63,992 nt of DNA, filler included, from Basidiobolus ranarum (GCA_040143965.1; 7 parts of 7 records of this genome joined end to end with filler, not necessarily neighbours in it), one strand, 5' to 3'. Shown: positions 1-12,673, numbered from the whole stretch's first letter. Notes: generated by a model not told the origin, from the sequence alone. Made by a program: numbers and translations.

Positions 1-2333
1 AGATTGTCTTCGAAAGGCTGTCGGCATCATCCACTACAATAGATCCAAAACCAAAAAACACAGGTGGAGGGCCTGATTCCAGGAAGTTTTGAAGGGAGGT
101 TGGTGGATCATACTCGCTTGCTAGATTCAAAAAGCAAAATCCGGAAACGTTAATATGTGACCCCCAGTCTTGAGGCTTAGGAATTAAGGTAGGGCTCCAA
201 CAGTAAGTATGAGGGACTCCCAGGTCCTTTACCATGTATGGTCCGACTGTAAATGGTACACCTGATAGCTGAAGTGTTCGTTTTCGAAAGTTGTTGATGA
301 TATCGCCCAGTCCTTGCCATGTAAGTGTCTCTATAGCATCGTACGAGAGGAGATTGAGAACTTGGTTGGAATTCTTGGCATAATCAACCATATTGATAAG
401 TGGGTGAGGAAAGGATCGTGTGGACGACCAAGGCATGGTAAACATAACGTGCAGCGGGATACACAGCTTTTCAGCGCAGTGAATGTGTGCGAACGTTGGT
501 GGATTTGCGATAATTGCATCTGCAAGAAAAGGAACCTGACTTTCCTCATCGGGCTTTGTGCTAACAACAATATCAGGAGTAATAGAAATATTAGATATAC
601 TATCCACCACTAAGATGAACTGTCAACTGAGCTCACCAGGAATCCCAAGCAGAATCTAATATCTCCTTGATCATTCGGCGTTTTTTCGAAATATCACCCT
701 CCTTAATGCTTTGGAGACTGGGGAGAAGGCCTGGATCTACAAAGATAGACATAACATAATGATTAAGTAATCGGCATTTAGATTGTATTAGAAATGAAAA
801 TACTGCGTACTCTTAACCATATACGCCATAAGCTCCACTGGGTCTGAGTAGAATGATTTATGAGTTAACTATCAATTCTACTAATCTACATTACTTGCAA
901 CTCACCTCCTGCAAGGGGATAGAACTCCAATCCAGCGTCTCTTACGAACTTTTGAAATGTTGCGTGTGTTGCCAATCTGACTCGATGTCCGCGTTTAACA
1001 AGTTCTTGGCCAATGGCTAAAAAAGGTTGAACATCTCCCCGACTCCCAACAATTTGAATAACAACATTAAGTGAAGGGACGTGGCGGTCGTGCGAGCTTA
1101 TAGAAGGTTCAAACATTGGGGAGGAATCTGCTAAAAATTCCTCTTCTTCGATTGAATCAGTTACAGAGGCATTAATGGTCACATCAATACGACCGTCATC
1201 GTGCATTTGTATTTGATATGCATCAGGCTGGGTCTCGAGTGCTGCAGGCGTTGGATCTTGCAAGGTAGGTTTACTATTGTATGCAGTGATACTAGGTGAT
1301 CTCGAGAACAAGGATCTCTTTCTTTTTTCTGCTGCGTAGTTTTTGATGATCTTTTGACGCCAATGTGCGTACTCTAGTGGTGTTCCACAAGCCTAACTAG
1401 TTCCAAGATTCTTAGAGACAGCCTGAAAAAATCAATCAACTTGGGTGCTTAATTTGGCAATGGCCTACCTTATCAACGACTGGGGCGTAGATATTTTCTC
1501 TTGGCCTAGCTCTACTTACTCTCGCTTTCCAGAATGCCTTATCGTCCACCATCGCGACCACAAAATTATCCACGAAAGTACGACAGTTATCCCATGCACA
1601 GTTGTATTTTTGATGAGAGGTATTCCAAAGTTTAATAAAGTTAACAGCATCTGCAGGGCTCTGTATGATTCAAAGGTACATCAGTCGGCAAGGTTTGTTG
1701 AGATTGCTAGGTGTTATGACCGAGTTGATACCTTGTAAGTCGAACCTACTTCCGTGACAGTATCATCTGGATTCGCTTCTCCCCATGTCTTGAGAAGGTC
1801 GTCAACAGTTGTTTTTCCAGAACTAAGCTCTACCATAGATGTTTCCATTGACTACAAATACGCAATATGATATGAAAACCTGAATATGTTGTGAGGATAA
1901 GAGCGCTTCAATACAAAGCACTTTACCTTGAGTTGAAGGTCCACCAAGAGAATTTCGTACTAACAGTAATATTTTCACATTAGTAAAATCCAAAATACGC
2001 AAAGCACCGTTTGTAGGATAGTATGCCTTAAGTATGCCTTATTGCGTCTACCTTAAACAATTTTACTACTCCGGCTTCTTCATAGTCTTGCCAGGCGATG
2101 ATGCAGTATGCATGTCTTGATCTTTGATCATTGTATAGTTTTTTCTCGATCCCCCTCATTGCTGACACAAAGAGCCCGGGTTCAAGCAACGCTGATGTAC
2201 CGACAAACACTCGACTAGACGTTGTGGCCGAGGGAGTCTTTTTCAGGAAATCTGAGGAATTGCAAGATGATGGTGATTCTCTCCCGGCATTCTCGGAAGA
2301 TGCTTGTTGTGGATCGTAATTACACCCTTCCAT
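1..2333 (-). CDS. Sterol 3-beta-glucosyltransferase-like (GT28 N-terminal domain, UGT80/ATG26 family) with an N-terminal His/Cys permuted-papain-like domain; 3' end truncated at window edge
   Basis: Manually spliced exons 2333-2052, 1959-1927, 1851-1732, 1660-1469, 1392-906, then further exons to base 1, all with GT..AG introns. Motifs: [88 protein letters not shown]. The start is uncertain (ATG 2333, or a further upstream ATG at 2620). Confidence 0.9.
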
Positions 2334-3777
2334 ACTGTTTTCAAATGAAATCTTGGTCGTAATTGTTTTTGCTGTAAACCTGAACTTCAAGATATATATA
2401 TAGTAATCACAGTCTTGGCAGTTGGAAGAGAGGCTATTTTCGGAGGTGACGTCAGTGAATCCGAATCTGAATCTGAAACCGACACGGTATTCATTGCATT
2501 TGGTCTAAAGCACTGCTATGAAAAGAATACCGAAGGCAGTATTAACATTAGAAATAATGCAGACCTAGTGCTATCAGTGGTTGTACCTTTGGCGTAGGTT
2601 TCATTCGAGTCGGTGTCCATATAATACGAAATGTATACCCATTCTGCCCATGCTGTTTCTCACATTAAGTTAGAAAATATAGTTGACACAAATGTAACTG
2701 ATGAAGATTGTCTATTCAATTGGGTAGCTTAGTAACCTATTGCTCGATGGATCCGATTTATCGTTAAGATTAGATCTTATTTATAGAAACAATCGAAAAA
2801 ATGTACTCTCTTACTAAATCCACTTCCGCCACATTCAAGCCTTCACTACCAAAATAGACGTTATTAAATCTAATCACAAAATTGGTCGCCTCTACAACTT
2901 TCGTCACCCCATTGTGACCCTTTCCACTAAATGCTATCTTTAAGCTCACCACCTCGGATACCCCATCATCGAATATATCCAAACTAAGCCTAAATATGTT
3001 CCCAACAACATCGCCATTGACACTAACAATCAAGGCAGTACCACTCCGTGAACTGAGGCGGCAAAGCTAGTCTCTTCAAAACTTGTGGCCTCTTTATCAC
3101 CCTTGCTCAAAATGAGCTTCTTCGTCTCCACCTCCTCCCTCGAATATACTCCATACAACTCCCTCATGACTCGCATACTTGGCAAAAATAATATCTCATA
3201 ATATTCTCAAATGTCAATCCTCCTTCATCGCCTAAATGTCCGACCTTCGTAATACCCTCATACGATCTAACCCCACCACCTTAGTCCTTGCCAACGAAAT
3301 TGTTCATGTTGTAATCGTGCTGATAATATGGTAGATTGTAGAGTAAGATATCCAAGGAGAATTGAAGGTAAACCGAAATATATTTGATTTTGAACTAGTT
3401 ACTAGCAATATATTGTTGGAGAAAATGATGAATTGCCTAAAGAATGCATTGCAAATCAGTCACCACATTCAACAATAAGGTTACTGATAATCACAGCAAG
3501 GATTTGGCATGTGCGTTTGTATTCAATGTTGGCAATATTAAATAAAACGGAATATAAAAAAATTCCAATTATGTACCATGTTTAAAAATCTCAATATTAA
3601 GCCTAAGGTTAGGTTCTATTCTGATATGCTTGTTCCTATAGAGTAATTGCTAGCTAATATGAACCTATTCCCATTTATTGGGCTTGATAGTAGCATATAT
3701 ATAGTATGGGATCGAGTTTTCTCAAAGCTTATACGGTGCAGTCTGGTGTTAGTTGACACTTTCTGGCATGTACAATA

Positions 3778-4009
3778 TGTTGAAGTATTTTGGGAGTTGT
3801 TGGAAGTGATTTGGAGAACCAGAAGAATTGGTGGTTTTACTTGCTGATTTATTGCGTTCAGGTTGACATTTATACTTTTGTCAAGAAGTAGATATAATAA
3901 CATGTTGAATATGTTTAGGAAGGTCCCAGGAACATGTGTACGAAGTTTGAGGTCGTTTGGACAAGTTTGGGTTAGGCCATTTCTGACAAACTCCCAAAAT
4001 ACCTCAACA
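3778..4009. mobile_element. Partial copia LTR (family 1) closed by an inverted copy of the same LTR end
   Basis: 3778-~3969 resembles the LTR at 20277-20624. The left end TGTTGAAGTATTTTGGGAGTT matches the reverse complement of 3989-4009 at 20/21 nt. Confidence 0.75.
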
Positions 4010-4928
4010 TTTTTAACCCCTACTTTTGAAATAACCCAGAGGCACATCCTTGTTGTTGATTTTTATCATTTTGTTGTATGCAATAATTCATATTTTCAAT
4101 CCAATAGAACAACCAGTGCAATTCACATGTTTCTTCCCATTATCCTAAACATTCCCGATTCATCTCATATATTCACAACAAGATTTTGGTGAGATAGAGC
4201 CACACAGCCCCATACAGTGCTCAATTAAGAAGCCCGAAATCAACTTGAATTCAATGTCTACGCAGACCAATCATTTGTAAAAAGTATTATCAATAACCAG
4301 TTGCGCCCTTAATACAATCTTTTGGGATATGTTGTTTGTACCATTGGAAAACATATTGAGCAGATGTAGAATTCATGACAGCAGTTGAGTTCAAACCCCA
4401 GGAACGCAAGGTTGATAGAAGTCTAGGCTATATGAAAAGTGCTATACAGTATACAATTCGTGTATTTCACCGGAATATCCATCAAGCGGAGTTTTTTACT
4501 TTGTCGTAATATCATTGGAAGTTTGCCAGATTGGTAGCTATTTATTGAATACGGGCCAAAACGGATTAGATATTTAGTAGTAAATATGAGATTGAATAAT
4601 CTTTTCACACTGACCATTAGCGAAAGTGGATGTGTAAGTCATTCTTCGTAATATTGATTTAAGAGAATGTGAGTGATTTGTATGAGCAACCGTCTATTCC
4701 AACTATACTGTTGCATTTGAATGCCATTTGAGCCTACCAAACTGGATTCATCTACAATGCAAATTATATACCAGTGACTGCACATAACGTATAACATAAG
4801 CTTCTTGTCCGATTCACGCTAACATTTCATATGGGTTCAGGGATTTGCAAGTACAATTATTCGATAGGTATTTGAAGTGTTGGGAATATCAATCTTCCAG
4901 GCTTAGCAGCATGCGGTATATAGCGTAC

Positions 4929-4954
4929 ATATATATTTATATATATATATATAT
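4929..4954. repeat. (TA)n microsatellite
   Basis: Run of atatatatttatatatatatatatat. Confidence 0.8.
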
Positions 4955-5248
4955 GCGATCTGATTTCATGTCAACAGCCATTTTAGGAAGGATGACGTCG
5001 TGTGGTGATACTCCACATGGACACAATATCCTGAATCAGCAAGGATTTAATATGCATCCTCAGTTCATCTGGAAGAAGAATACTGAAAGTTGGTTGGAAT
5101 CGAACTTTCCATATCACTGTGCAAGGTAGATGCGTCTTGGGTGAATATTTCTGCTCGCTTCGATTTAGTTGGTCGGTGAGTTAATGCCCTATATAATAAG
5201 GCAGTCTGGCATAGATAGTGCAACTATTCTTACTGCCAATATTCCCCC

Positions 5249-6349
5249 ATGATAAGTATTATTCTAACTTTCTTGTCAGTGAGACTTCTGGAGAGGTATA
5301 CACTGGGAAGAATCGGGAATGTCCCAAATGGTTTTGGCGTAGGCAAACTGATCGCCGCATGCTTCGTTGTCTTTTGTTTTCCTATGGTTGCTGTTAGAAA
5401 CATAATCACCCAGTTTGTGGAAATTAGGTGGGCAAAAGATAACCAAAGTCACGTGGAGTCTGCCCTGAGATCAGCCTACGATGGAACTGGATTTTGGGTG
5501 AATGCGTGCCCAAAGAACAGGTCAGCTCGCCTGATCAACAGAAACGAAATCTGTCTCGATGGATCCTGGAAAAAAACCATTCTGTCCTATTTCCAAAGGC
5601 CTACAATTTGTGTCCCACCACAATGCGAAGTATTGACTAAAATCCACGAAGAAGATGTGCCGCTTCTATTAAAGCACAAGATCTGCATCTCCCAGAGTCG
5701 TATCGTGAAGGATACCTCCCCCACTACCAAGATATGCTTGATTATTTTTACCCTCTATTGGGCATACGTCATCAGTAAGTACACTTACTGTCTTTGGATG
5801 TTCCACTATATACCAGAAAGCTACCAGGCGCAATTCATGTTTCCTGTAAGTATATTTATCCCATTACTGTACTCTTCGGGTAAGTGCATTGCTCCAGTCT
5901 TTGTCACCGTGGAATCCGACCCCCATTCATTGCGCAAGGATTTTAATATAATGGGAACAGTAAACCAAGTTAATGAGGATGTTTACCAGGAAAAGATTTC
6001 CGACTCCAAAGAATCTGCTCGCAGGAAGATATTGATCTGGTACCGGATTGAGCAAGTCTTAGGTTCCATCGTTTACCTAGTTTTGCAATTTGGAGCATAT
6101 TATGGAGTCGGTCAATTGATGGTCTTTGGAGTTGAGGGGACTTTTCCACAACGGTCTCCCCCCATGGCCCTGGTAGCTATGGTTTCGGCTGTATATGTAG
6201 AAGCCATAGCGCATACTACATTGTGTTTGATTCAACTCGGAAAAGCGTATTTTACTAATCGGTTTATCTTGCTACTGCTTTCTCTATCTGGCAAAGTTTG
6301 GAGGTTGATTACTATCATAGCTAGGGTCTGTGTTGTACCAATAGCATAA
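5249..6349 (+). CDS. Hypothetical multi-pass membrane protein (366 aa, intronless)
   Basis: Long ATG-initiated ORF with several hydrophobic segments and a TATA-like tatataa about 60 bp upstream. No family motif recognised. Confidence 0.65.
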   Translation: MISIILTFLSVRLLERYTLGRIGNVPNGFGVGKLIAACFVVFCFPMVAVRNIITQFVEIRWAKDNQSHVESALRSAYDGTGFWVNACPKNRSARLINRNEICLDGSWKKTILSYFQRPTICVPPQCEVLTKIHEEDVPLLLKHKICISQSRIVKDTSPTTKICLIIFTLYWAYVISKYTYCLWMFHYIPESYQAQFMFPVSIFIPLLYSSGKCIAPVFVTVESDPHSLRKDFNIMGTVNQVNEDVYQEKISDSKESARRKILIWYRIEQVLGSIVYLVLQFGAYYGVGQLMVFGVEGTFPQRSPPMALVAMVSAVYVEAIAHTTLCLIQLGKAYFTNRFILLLLSLSGKVWRLITIIARVCVVPIA

Positions 6350-6600
6350 TTATTAATTTATACCAGTTTTGGAAATACCAATTAAACATGTTCTATCTTC
6401 AAATGTTCAACTAGATGAATTATTACTTGCTAATAGTTTGATTATTATGTCCTTACATCTTGGTTTAGTCATCACTGAATCAATCTTGGTACTTTGATAT
6501 CTCTAATGATGTAAAGTAGTTTAAAAAGTTGCAAGAAGGTTTCACGTATTGAACTCAGGTCTCTAAAACCATATAGCCTCTAAATTGACAATACTCAGTC

Positions 6601-6666
6601 AAAACAGTGAATTAATTACCATAAAATAGTGAATTAATTACCATAAAACAGTGAATTAATTACCAT
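6601..6666. repeat. 22-bp tandem repeat x3
   Basis: AAAA(C/T)AGTGAATTAATTACCAT three times in tandem. Confidence 0.9.
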
Positions 6667-7562
6667 GCTGACAAACCTAACAAGTAAATTGTAGCAAATA
6701 ACTAGTATTCCTCTTAATTGTTCATATAATAGGATTTCATACTTGGCAAATTGCTGAAGATTAGGAAGGAGAAAGAAATGAGTTTCAAAATTTGTTGTAA
6801 GAATTCTTAATAGAGAGAAACGTCTAAAGTTCTCATTGATTCCCCAAACTTTGCACACTCTTCCCCAGATCATCTGTAGGTTACTCTTATTTTCTTCAAA
6901 GATCTACGAAAGAATTTATGCCCTTTACCAAGTAGTTTGTATTCAACTCAAAAAATGCAACTGATATTAAATACACTAAATCCATTACAAGTTCTGATTT
7001 CTACTTGTTTGCTTATTATTCAACCTGTCATAATTCCAATGTCTGAAGGTTTTATATGCATATGTTGTAGTGGAGTTCCCAGCCTTCTTAGTTACAACTT
7101 AGTGTCTTGAGCAATGGCCATACACCTTGAGAAGACTTCGGCACAGAATATCATGACGAGCGTTACTTCAGATCATTGTCATGGTGCATTTTCTATGGGA
7201 AAAATGAAGCAGCTGGCAATTAGATAGAGCTTATTCATTCATTAAACTAGATACGGACAGCATATTGCAACTGATAGTTTGAATATACACTGTAACTTGG
7301 GCACGATAAAATACTCCGTAGAGATCAAGTAATGCTTTGAATGTATGCCAATTATATGCTAATGATGAGTCCATTCCCCTTTTTAATAGAAGAGCAATTG
7401 GCTCATAACTTGCGTAGTCATAAAATAATTAATCACCATGTCAAGATTTTGCAGCTTTATATTTAATGCGAGCTAATAACTGAAATTGCAAAGAAGTTTT
7501 ATTGACTCTAATCAAGCAGAATCGAGTGTGGTTTGCTAATTAGCCAACCTTGTACCCATCAT

Positions 7563-8099
7563 TTAATCTTTACGATGAGCGGAGCATATATACCAAGAAG
7601 GCTGGAGAGTTTTCCAGGTTTTTATACCTAGCACCTTCAACGCCATACGAGCAGTTTTAATATGAGGATTTGCCATTCTTTCCACTTCCTTCATCATGTT
7701 CCTTTGTAACAAAATACTCTGCGGGAGCTCACAAGCCAGAGAATACTGCGCAAAATATAAGTATGGAAGGACTTTCCAGTCATCATAATTGGGATCTCCA
7801 AGATTATCAAATCCGAACTTGAACTCTCTTGGAATAGAGATGTCATACTTGGATAATTCATCCCTTTCCTCTGAGTGATCTCGCTTCCCAAGAGCTATCT
7901 CGTCAGAAGAAGATGCGGCATTCACATCCTTTGATTTTTCATTCATTAAACTTTTGCATTCAGTACTATCCCTCCAAAAGTCCATTAGATCTCTCGGGTC
8001 AGGATAGTCATCACAACATTCTAGTTTGGTAAGTTGCTTTGCATACTGGGAGAGATCAAATCCGTAGTAGAATCTAGCGTACCCTACTTCCATACCCAT
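7563..8099 (-). CDS. Hypothetical protein (178 aa, intronless)
   Basis: ATG-initiated ORF with protein-like composition and a TATA-like motif about 65 bp upstream. No family recognised. Confidence 0.6.
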   Translation of the reverse strand: MGMEVGYARFYYGFDLSQYAKQLTKLECCDDYPDPRDLMDFWRDSTECKSLMNEKSKDVNAASSSDEIALGKRDHSEERDELSKYDISIPREFKFGFDNLGDPNYDDWKVLPYLYFAQYSLACELPQSILLQRNMMKEVERMANPHIKTARMALKVLGIKTWKTLQPSWYICSAHRKD

Positions 8100-9205
8100 T
8101 GTTCAAGTTAGCTTCTGTACTATATTTTCACTTACCACCTTATGTATGTCAGCCCTCCGAGCTTATATTTATGGGATACTGTAGAATAGTTGCTTAGTGC
8201 GTCAGTTTATTTACACTGACATAGGCCAAATGGACTGCGGCAACTAGGGATTACTCACCGTAATTGGTTAGTCGCTGCTCCTTATCCTGTATTGGGCCCC
8301 AATCAAATCAATACTATATGTACTGTCTTACTCAAGCCAGTCACCCTCAGGCTTCATTAGGTTGTGGATTGATTATTTCCCAATATGCAATTTATTGATG
8401 GTTTTCATGTGGTCAAAAGTATCTCTATCATATACGTGTACAAAAAGATCTCTTTGCATTGGTAAATAGGTGATGGTGTAGAGCCCATTAGTATGATATA
8501 TCCCTAGTCAAGGAATTTTCGCAGTATAGAACGATATCAAAACACTATCAGAGTGATGCATCAAAAAGCCTGAATATACTGCCTATTATTGCACCAAGTG
8601 AATGTTGCAATCGTATACAATTGATCTCAATCAACAAATTCTATGATAAGTTGTCTACTCAAGCAACAAGAGGCGCTACTCATGCCCCGACTATGTAAGC
8701 ACTATAGGGAGCAGAAAGAGTCAAGCGAACTTCACAACATTGTGTGCTATTTACTTTAGAAGGTCAGCAGAGCTATCTTTCTCTGCGGTATAGTAATTTT
8801 TGTACTCAATGACATGCTATGAGTATATTAAAGGAATGTTATGATCTACACTAATCTTAATAAATCGTTAGACTGCGGTTTGCTCTGTCACAATTGGTGG
8901 TTGGTGTTAACGAGAGAAAGAGAGAACATTGCAGGGTTAGGGGGGATGAAAAACGCCAGGTGGTGTGGACTTTATTTAGCTTATATACTAAGCTAAACAA
9001 AGTGACTATCAAGACATTAATCTTCTAAGATATTGTGACAAAACTGGATTGTATCCATACTTAACTTGATGACCAATGTAATCCAGTTCTGAGGATGTAT
9101 ATATAGTGTCAAGGAGCAGGGGTGATAAGCAGAAAGGAAGATACTCAGTACAAACCAAATGGACAATAGGACAAAAACCTGGAATAATGGGGATCAAAAA
9201 AGGTG

Positions 9206-9305
9206 NNNNNNNNNNNNNNNNNNNNNNNNNNNNNNNNNNNNNNNNNNNNTTAATTAATTAANNNNNNNNNNNNNNNNNNNNNNNNNNNNNNNNNNNNNNN
9301 NNNNN
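9206..9305. other. Artificial contig spacer
   Basis: 44 N + TTAATTAATTAA (stops in all six frames) + 44 N. Confidence 0.99.
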
Positions 9306-9631
9306 TCTTGACAAAATTATAAATGTCAACTTTCTACTCAATAAATCAATAAGTGAAAACCACCAATTCCTCTAATTCTCCAAACCACTTCCAACAGGCT
9401 CCCAAATACTTTAACACTAAATACTTTAACAGTTTCCAGTGCAAATTCACTGATTCTTTGGTATTCACATATATCATAAAAATACAAAATATATTTGGAA
9501 TATTTTCACCAACTTGGAGATTATATGATTTTCTCAACAGAATAATGGGTGATATCTTAATGAAATATAGGATACCTAAATAGTAAGCTATATATGACTA
9601 TATAGGTGTTTGGGCAATGCTAATTTCAACA
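9306..9631. mobile_element. Two copia family-1 LTR fragments in opposite orientations
   Basis: 9306-9416 matches the LTR 3' half, ending AATACTTTAACA. ~9510-9631 matches the LTR 5' part on the minus strand (…GCAATGCTAATTTCAACA). Confidence 0.85.
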
Positions 9632-10189
9632 GAAACTTCAAAATTAACTCTTTGAAAATTCCTTTTATTCCCGCAAATGTTCCGGATACTGATTGTTTTT
9701 TCTTCGTTGTACTTTCAGAAGTAGAAGTACTTGAACTCTTGTTATAACATACATGTCTTTCGAGCTCAGACTAACTGCAAGGCTGAATAATTCTTCTACA
9801 AACGTTACATTCATATATTCCTAATGAAAATGTATACACCTTTTCTAGTACCAAATATTGTAGCTTCACGAGTTCTAATTCGCATTCAATTTTTTAGGGT
9901 TAGATTTTGTACTTTGATAAATATTCTGCTATAATCTGCTATATCTCGCTATATTCTGGTTCATTTAGTGTCCAGAATTAACTTTAGCGAAAATTGGTGT
10001 AAATCATGTTGAATATTATTTCGAAGAACACCAATCAAAATGCAACAAAACTCATCGATTTTTTTGATTTTTTTTCCTATGCTTCCATCACACATTGAAT
10101 GAAGCCTTATCTCAATAATTTTGCAAGTTTTGTTGGTTTCTAGCCACGAAAAGAACACAAGGACTTCAAAACCCCTCGGGACTTAAATC

Positions 10190-12333
10190 ATGCCTACAGT
10201 TAACGTTGATAAAGAAATTTTCTACGAAATTCTCGGAAAGCAATATTGTGAGTGTTATTGGCTTTCAGTTTTAGCTGAAGTTCCTTTTAAAGTATAAAAA
10301 CTGACGTTTTTAATTGAAAAGCCACTGATGAATTCCGTGAATTATGCTTCGACTTCGGTATCGAACTTGAGGAAGATGTATGTCCAGTTTGGTTTTGTCA
10401 GCAATTTTTCTTCTGATTATTCATCTTGGTTTTTTCACTTTATCGTAGACCTCAGTAAAGGAAATGGCTGCCAAGATGGGTGGTGCTAAGGAGGCCGAAG
10501 ATCTCTCCGAACGTGCTTTGTTGAAGATCGATATCCCAGCCAACAGGTAATTTCAGTGAGAAAATAATCTTGAAGTATTTGCTTGGAAATTCTAATATTT
10601 CTTTCAGATATGACTTATTATGTACCGAGGGTCTCTCCCGTGCTTTGTTAATTTTCCAAAACAAAATTAAACCTCCTACCTACAAGCTTGTCGCCCCTAA
10701 GGATGGCAAACTCCAGAAGATACTCGTTCGCCCCGAGGTGAGTATTAGACTCTATTACAGAACCATCTCTACTTCGATATTAATTCTATTATTGAATTTA
10801 TCCAGACTTCTCAAATCAGACCTTATGTTGTTGGTGCTGTGTTACGCGATATCACCTTCACTGAAGACAACTACAACAACTTCATTGACTTGCAAGACAA
10901 GCTCCATAACAATATTTGCAGGTTAGTATTCAGCCAGTTGCTTTGAAACTGAATTTTCTGGTTACTTACGTGTGTTTCCTTTGTATTCCAGAAAGCGTAC
11001 CCTTGTCGCCATTGGAACCCACGACCTGGATACTGTCGAAGGCCCTTTCACCTATGAAGCCTTGGCTCCTAAGGAAATCCAATTCACCCCTTTGAATCAA
11101 ACTCAAAATATGAACGGAGAACAACTCATGACTTTCTATGAAAAAGACAAGCATCTTTCCAAGTTCTTGCCTATTATCAGAGATTCTCCAGTCTACCCAG
11201 TCATCTATGACTCTAAGCGTACTGTCCTCTCACTTCCACCCATCATTAACGGTGATCACTCCAAGATCAAGCTTACTACCAAGAATGTCTTCATTGAATG
11301 TACTGGTACCGACTTGACTAAAGCCAAGATCGTCTTGAATACCATGGTTACCATGTTCTCTCAATACTGTGGTGAAAAATGGAGCATCGAGCCTGTTGAA
11401 GTTGAATACCCTGATGGCAAGACCTTCACCTATCCCGATCTTAGCTCTCGTACCGTCAAGACCGACTCTGACTACATCAATAGTATGGTTGGTATTAAGC
11501 TTACCCCTGAGGAGGTTGCTGCTCACTTGAACAGAATGTCCCTCAATGCTACTGTTACTGATAAGGAAGCCAAGGAAATTAGTGTTGAAATCCCTCCTAC
11601 CAGAAGTGACATCCTTCATCCTTGCGATATTATGGAAGATGTTGCTATTGCCTATGGATTCAACAATATTCCCAAGACCTTCCCTAAGACCACCACCATC
11701 GGTAGTGCCTTACCTGTCAACAAGTTGAGTGATTTGCTCAGAAGGGAGTTCGCTTTGTCCGGATTCACCGAAGTGTTACCTTTGATTCTGTGCTCCCATG
11801 ACGAAAACTTCGCTTATCTTAACAAGGAGGATGATGGTAAGACCGCCGTTAAACTTGCCAACCCTAAGACTGTAGAATACCAGGTTGTTCGTAACGCACT
11901 CCTTACTGGTATCTTGAAGACTGTCTGCTCCAACAAGAAGCAACCTCTTCCTATCAAGATTTTCGAGGTTTCTGATGTTGTCTTCAAGGATGACACCCAG
12001 GAACGTCGTGCTCGTAACGAGCGTCATGCCTGTGCCCTCTACTGCAACAAGACTGATAGCTTTGAAACCATCCATGGTCTTCTTGACCGTGTAATGCAAA
12101 TGCTTAATGTCAAGCTAGTTGCCCCCTCTTCGAAATCAGCAGGTTATTACATTGCTGAATCAGGAAACCCTACTTTCTTCCCCGGCCGTAGTGCTGATAT
12201 TTATTATCGTCCTGCTAAGGGCGAGGCCTCTGTTATTGGTGCTTTTGGTGTCTTACATCCTGAGGTCCTTGGTAAATTCGAAATTCCTTTCCCTTGTTCT
12301 GCCCTCGAATTCTCCGTTGAGCCTTTCTTGTAA
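10190..12333 (+). CDS. FRS1: Phenylalanyl-tRNA synthetase beta subunit (cytosolic)
   Basis: Starts MPTVNVDKE. Motifs: [91 protein letters not shown]. Several short GT-AG introns. Confidence 0.97.
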
Positions 12334-12673
12334 ATCAACCATTTAATCTCAGCAACAACATTTTTTTCATTTCGATAAAGACAGTGTTCTGGTGCTAATA
12401 TTCTAGCACCAATATTCATTGATTACTCTCATTCCAATGGACAATAAATTTCAATAATTTTGTCATTGATCTCAGCATCTAGCATAGTATTGGATCACTG
12501 ATAATAATTATCCAACAAGTACATGGGATATTTATATGCACTTAGACTTGAGATTTAGAATTCAATGTGGATAAATGTGTTTCAGCCTTAAATTATTTTT
12601 TGTTCTTTCTTTTAGTATTAATCAATAATTTTTCTGGAACGGTTTCTCCTCTACTTGTTACTATCTCAATTTA

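Noticed and set aside
6520-6600. tRNA/SINE-like B-box (GAGTTCAATAC on the minus strand)
   Set aside because: No cloverleaf or A-box can be built, so no RNA gene is supported.
6601-6666. CRISPR-like short repeats
   Set aside because: Direct tandem copies with no spacers, in a eukaryotic context with no cas genes.
8969-9003. Hairpin ACTTTATTTAGCTTA-TATAC-TAAGCTAAACAAAGT as a Helitron 3' end or terminator
   Set aside because: AT-rich, single copy, and no convincing CTRR-T terminus.
11230-12419. Antisense ORFs within PheRS beta
   Set aside because: By-product of strong codon bias in a conserved gene.
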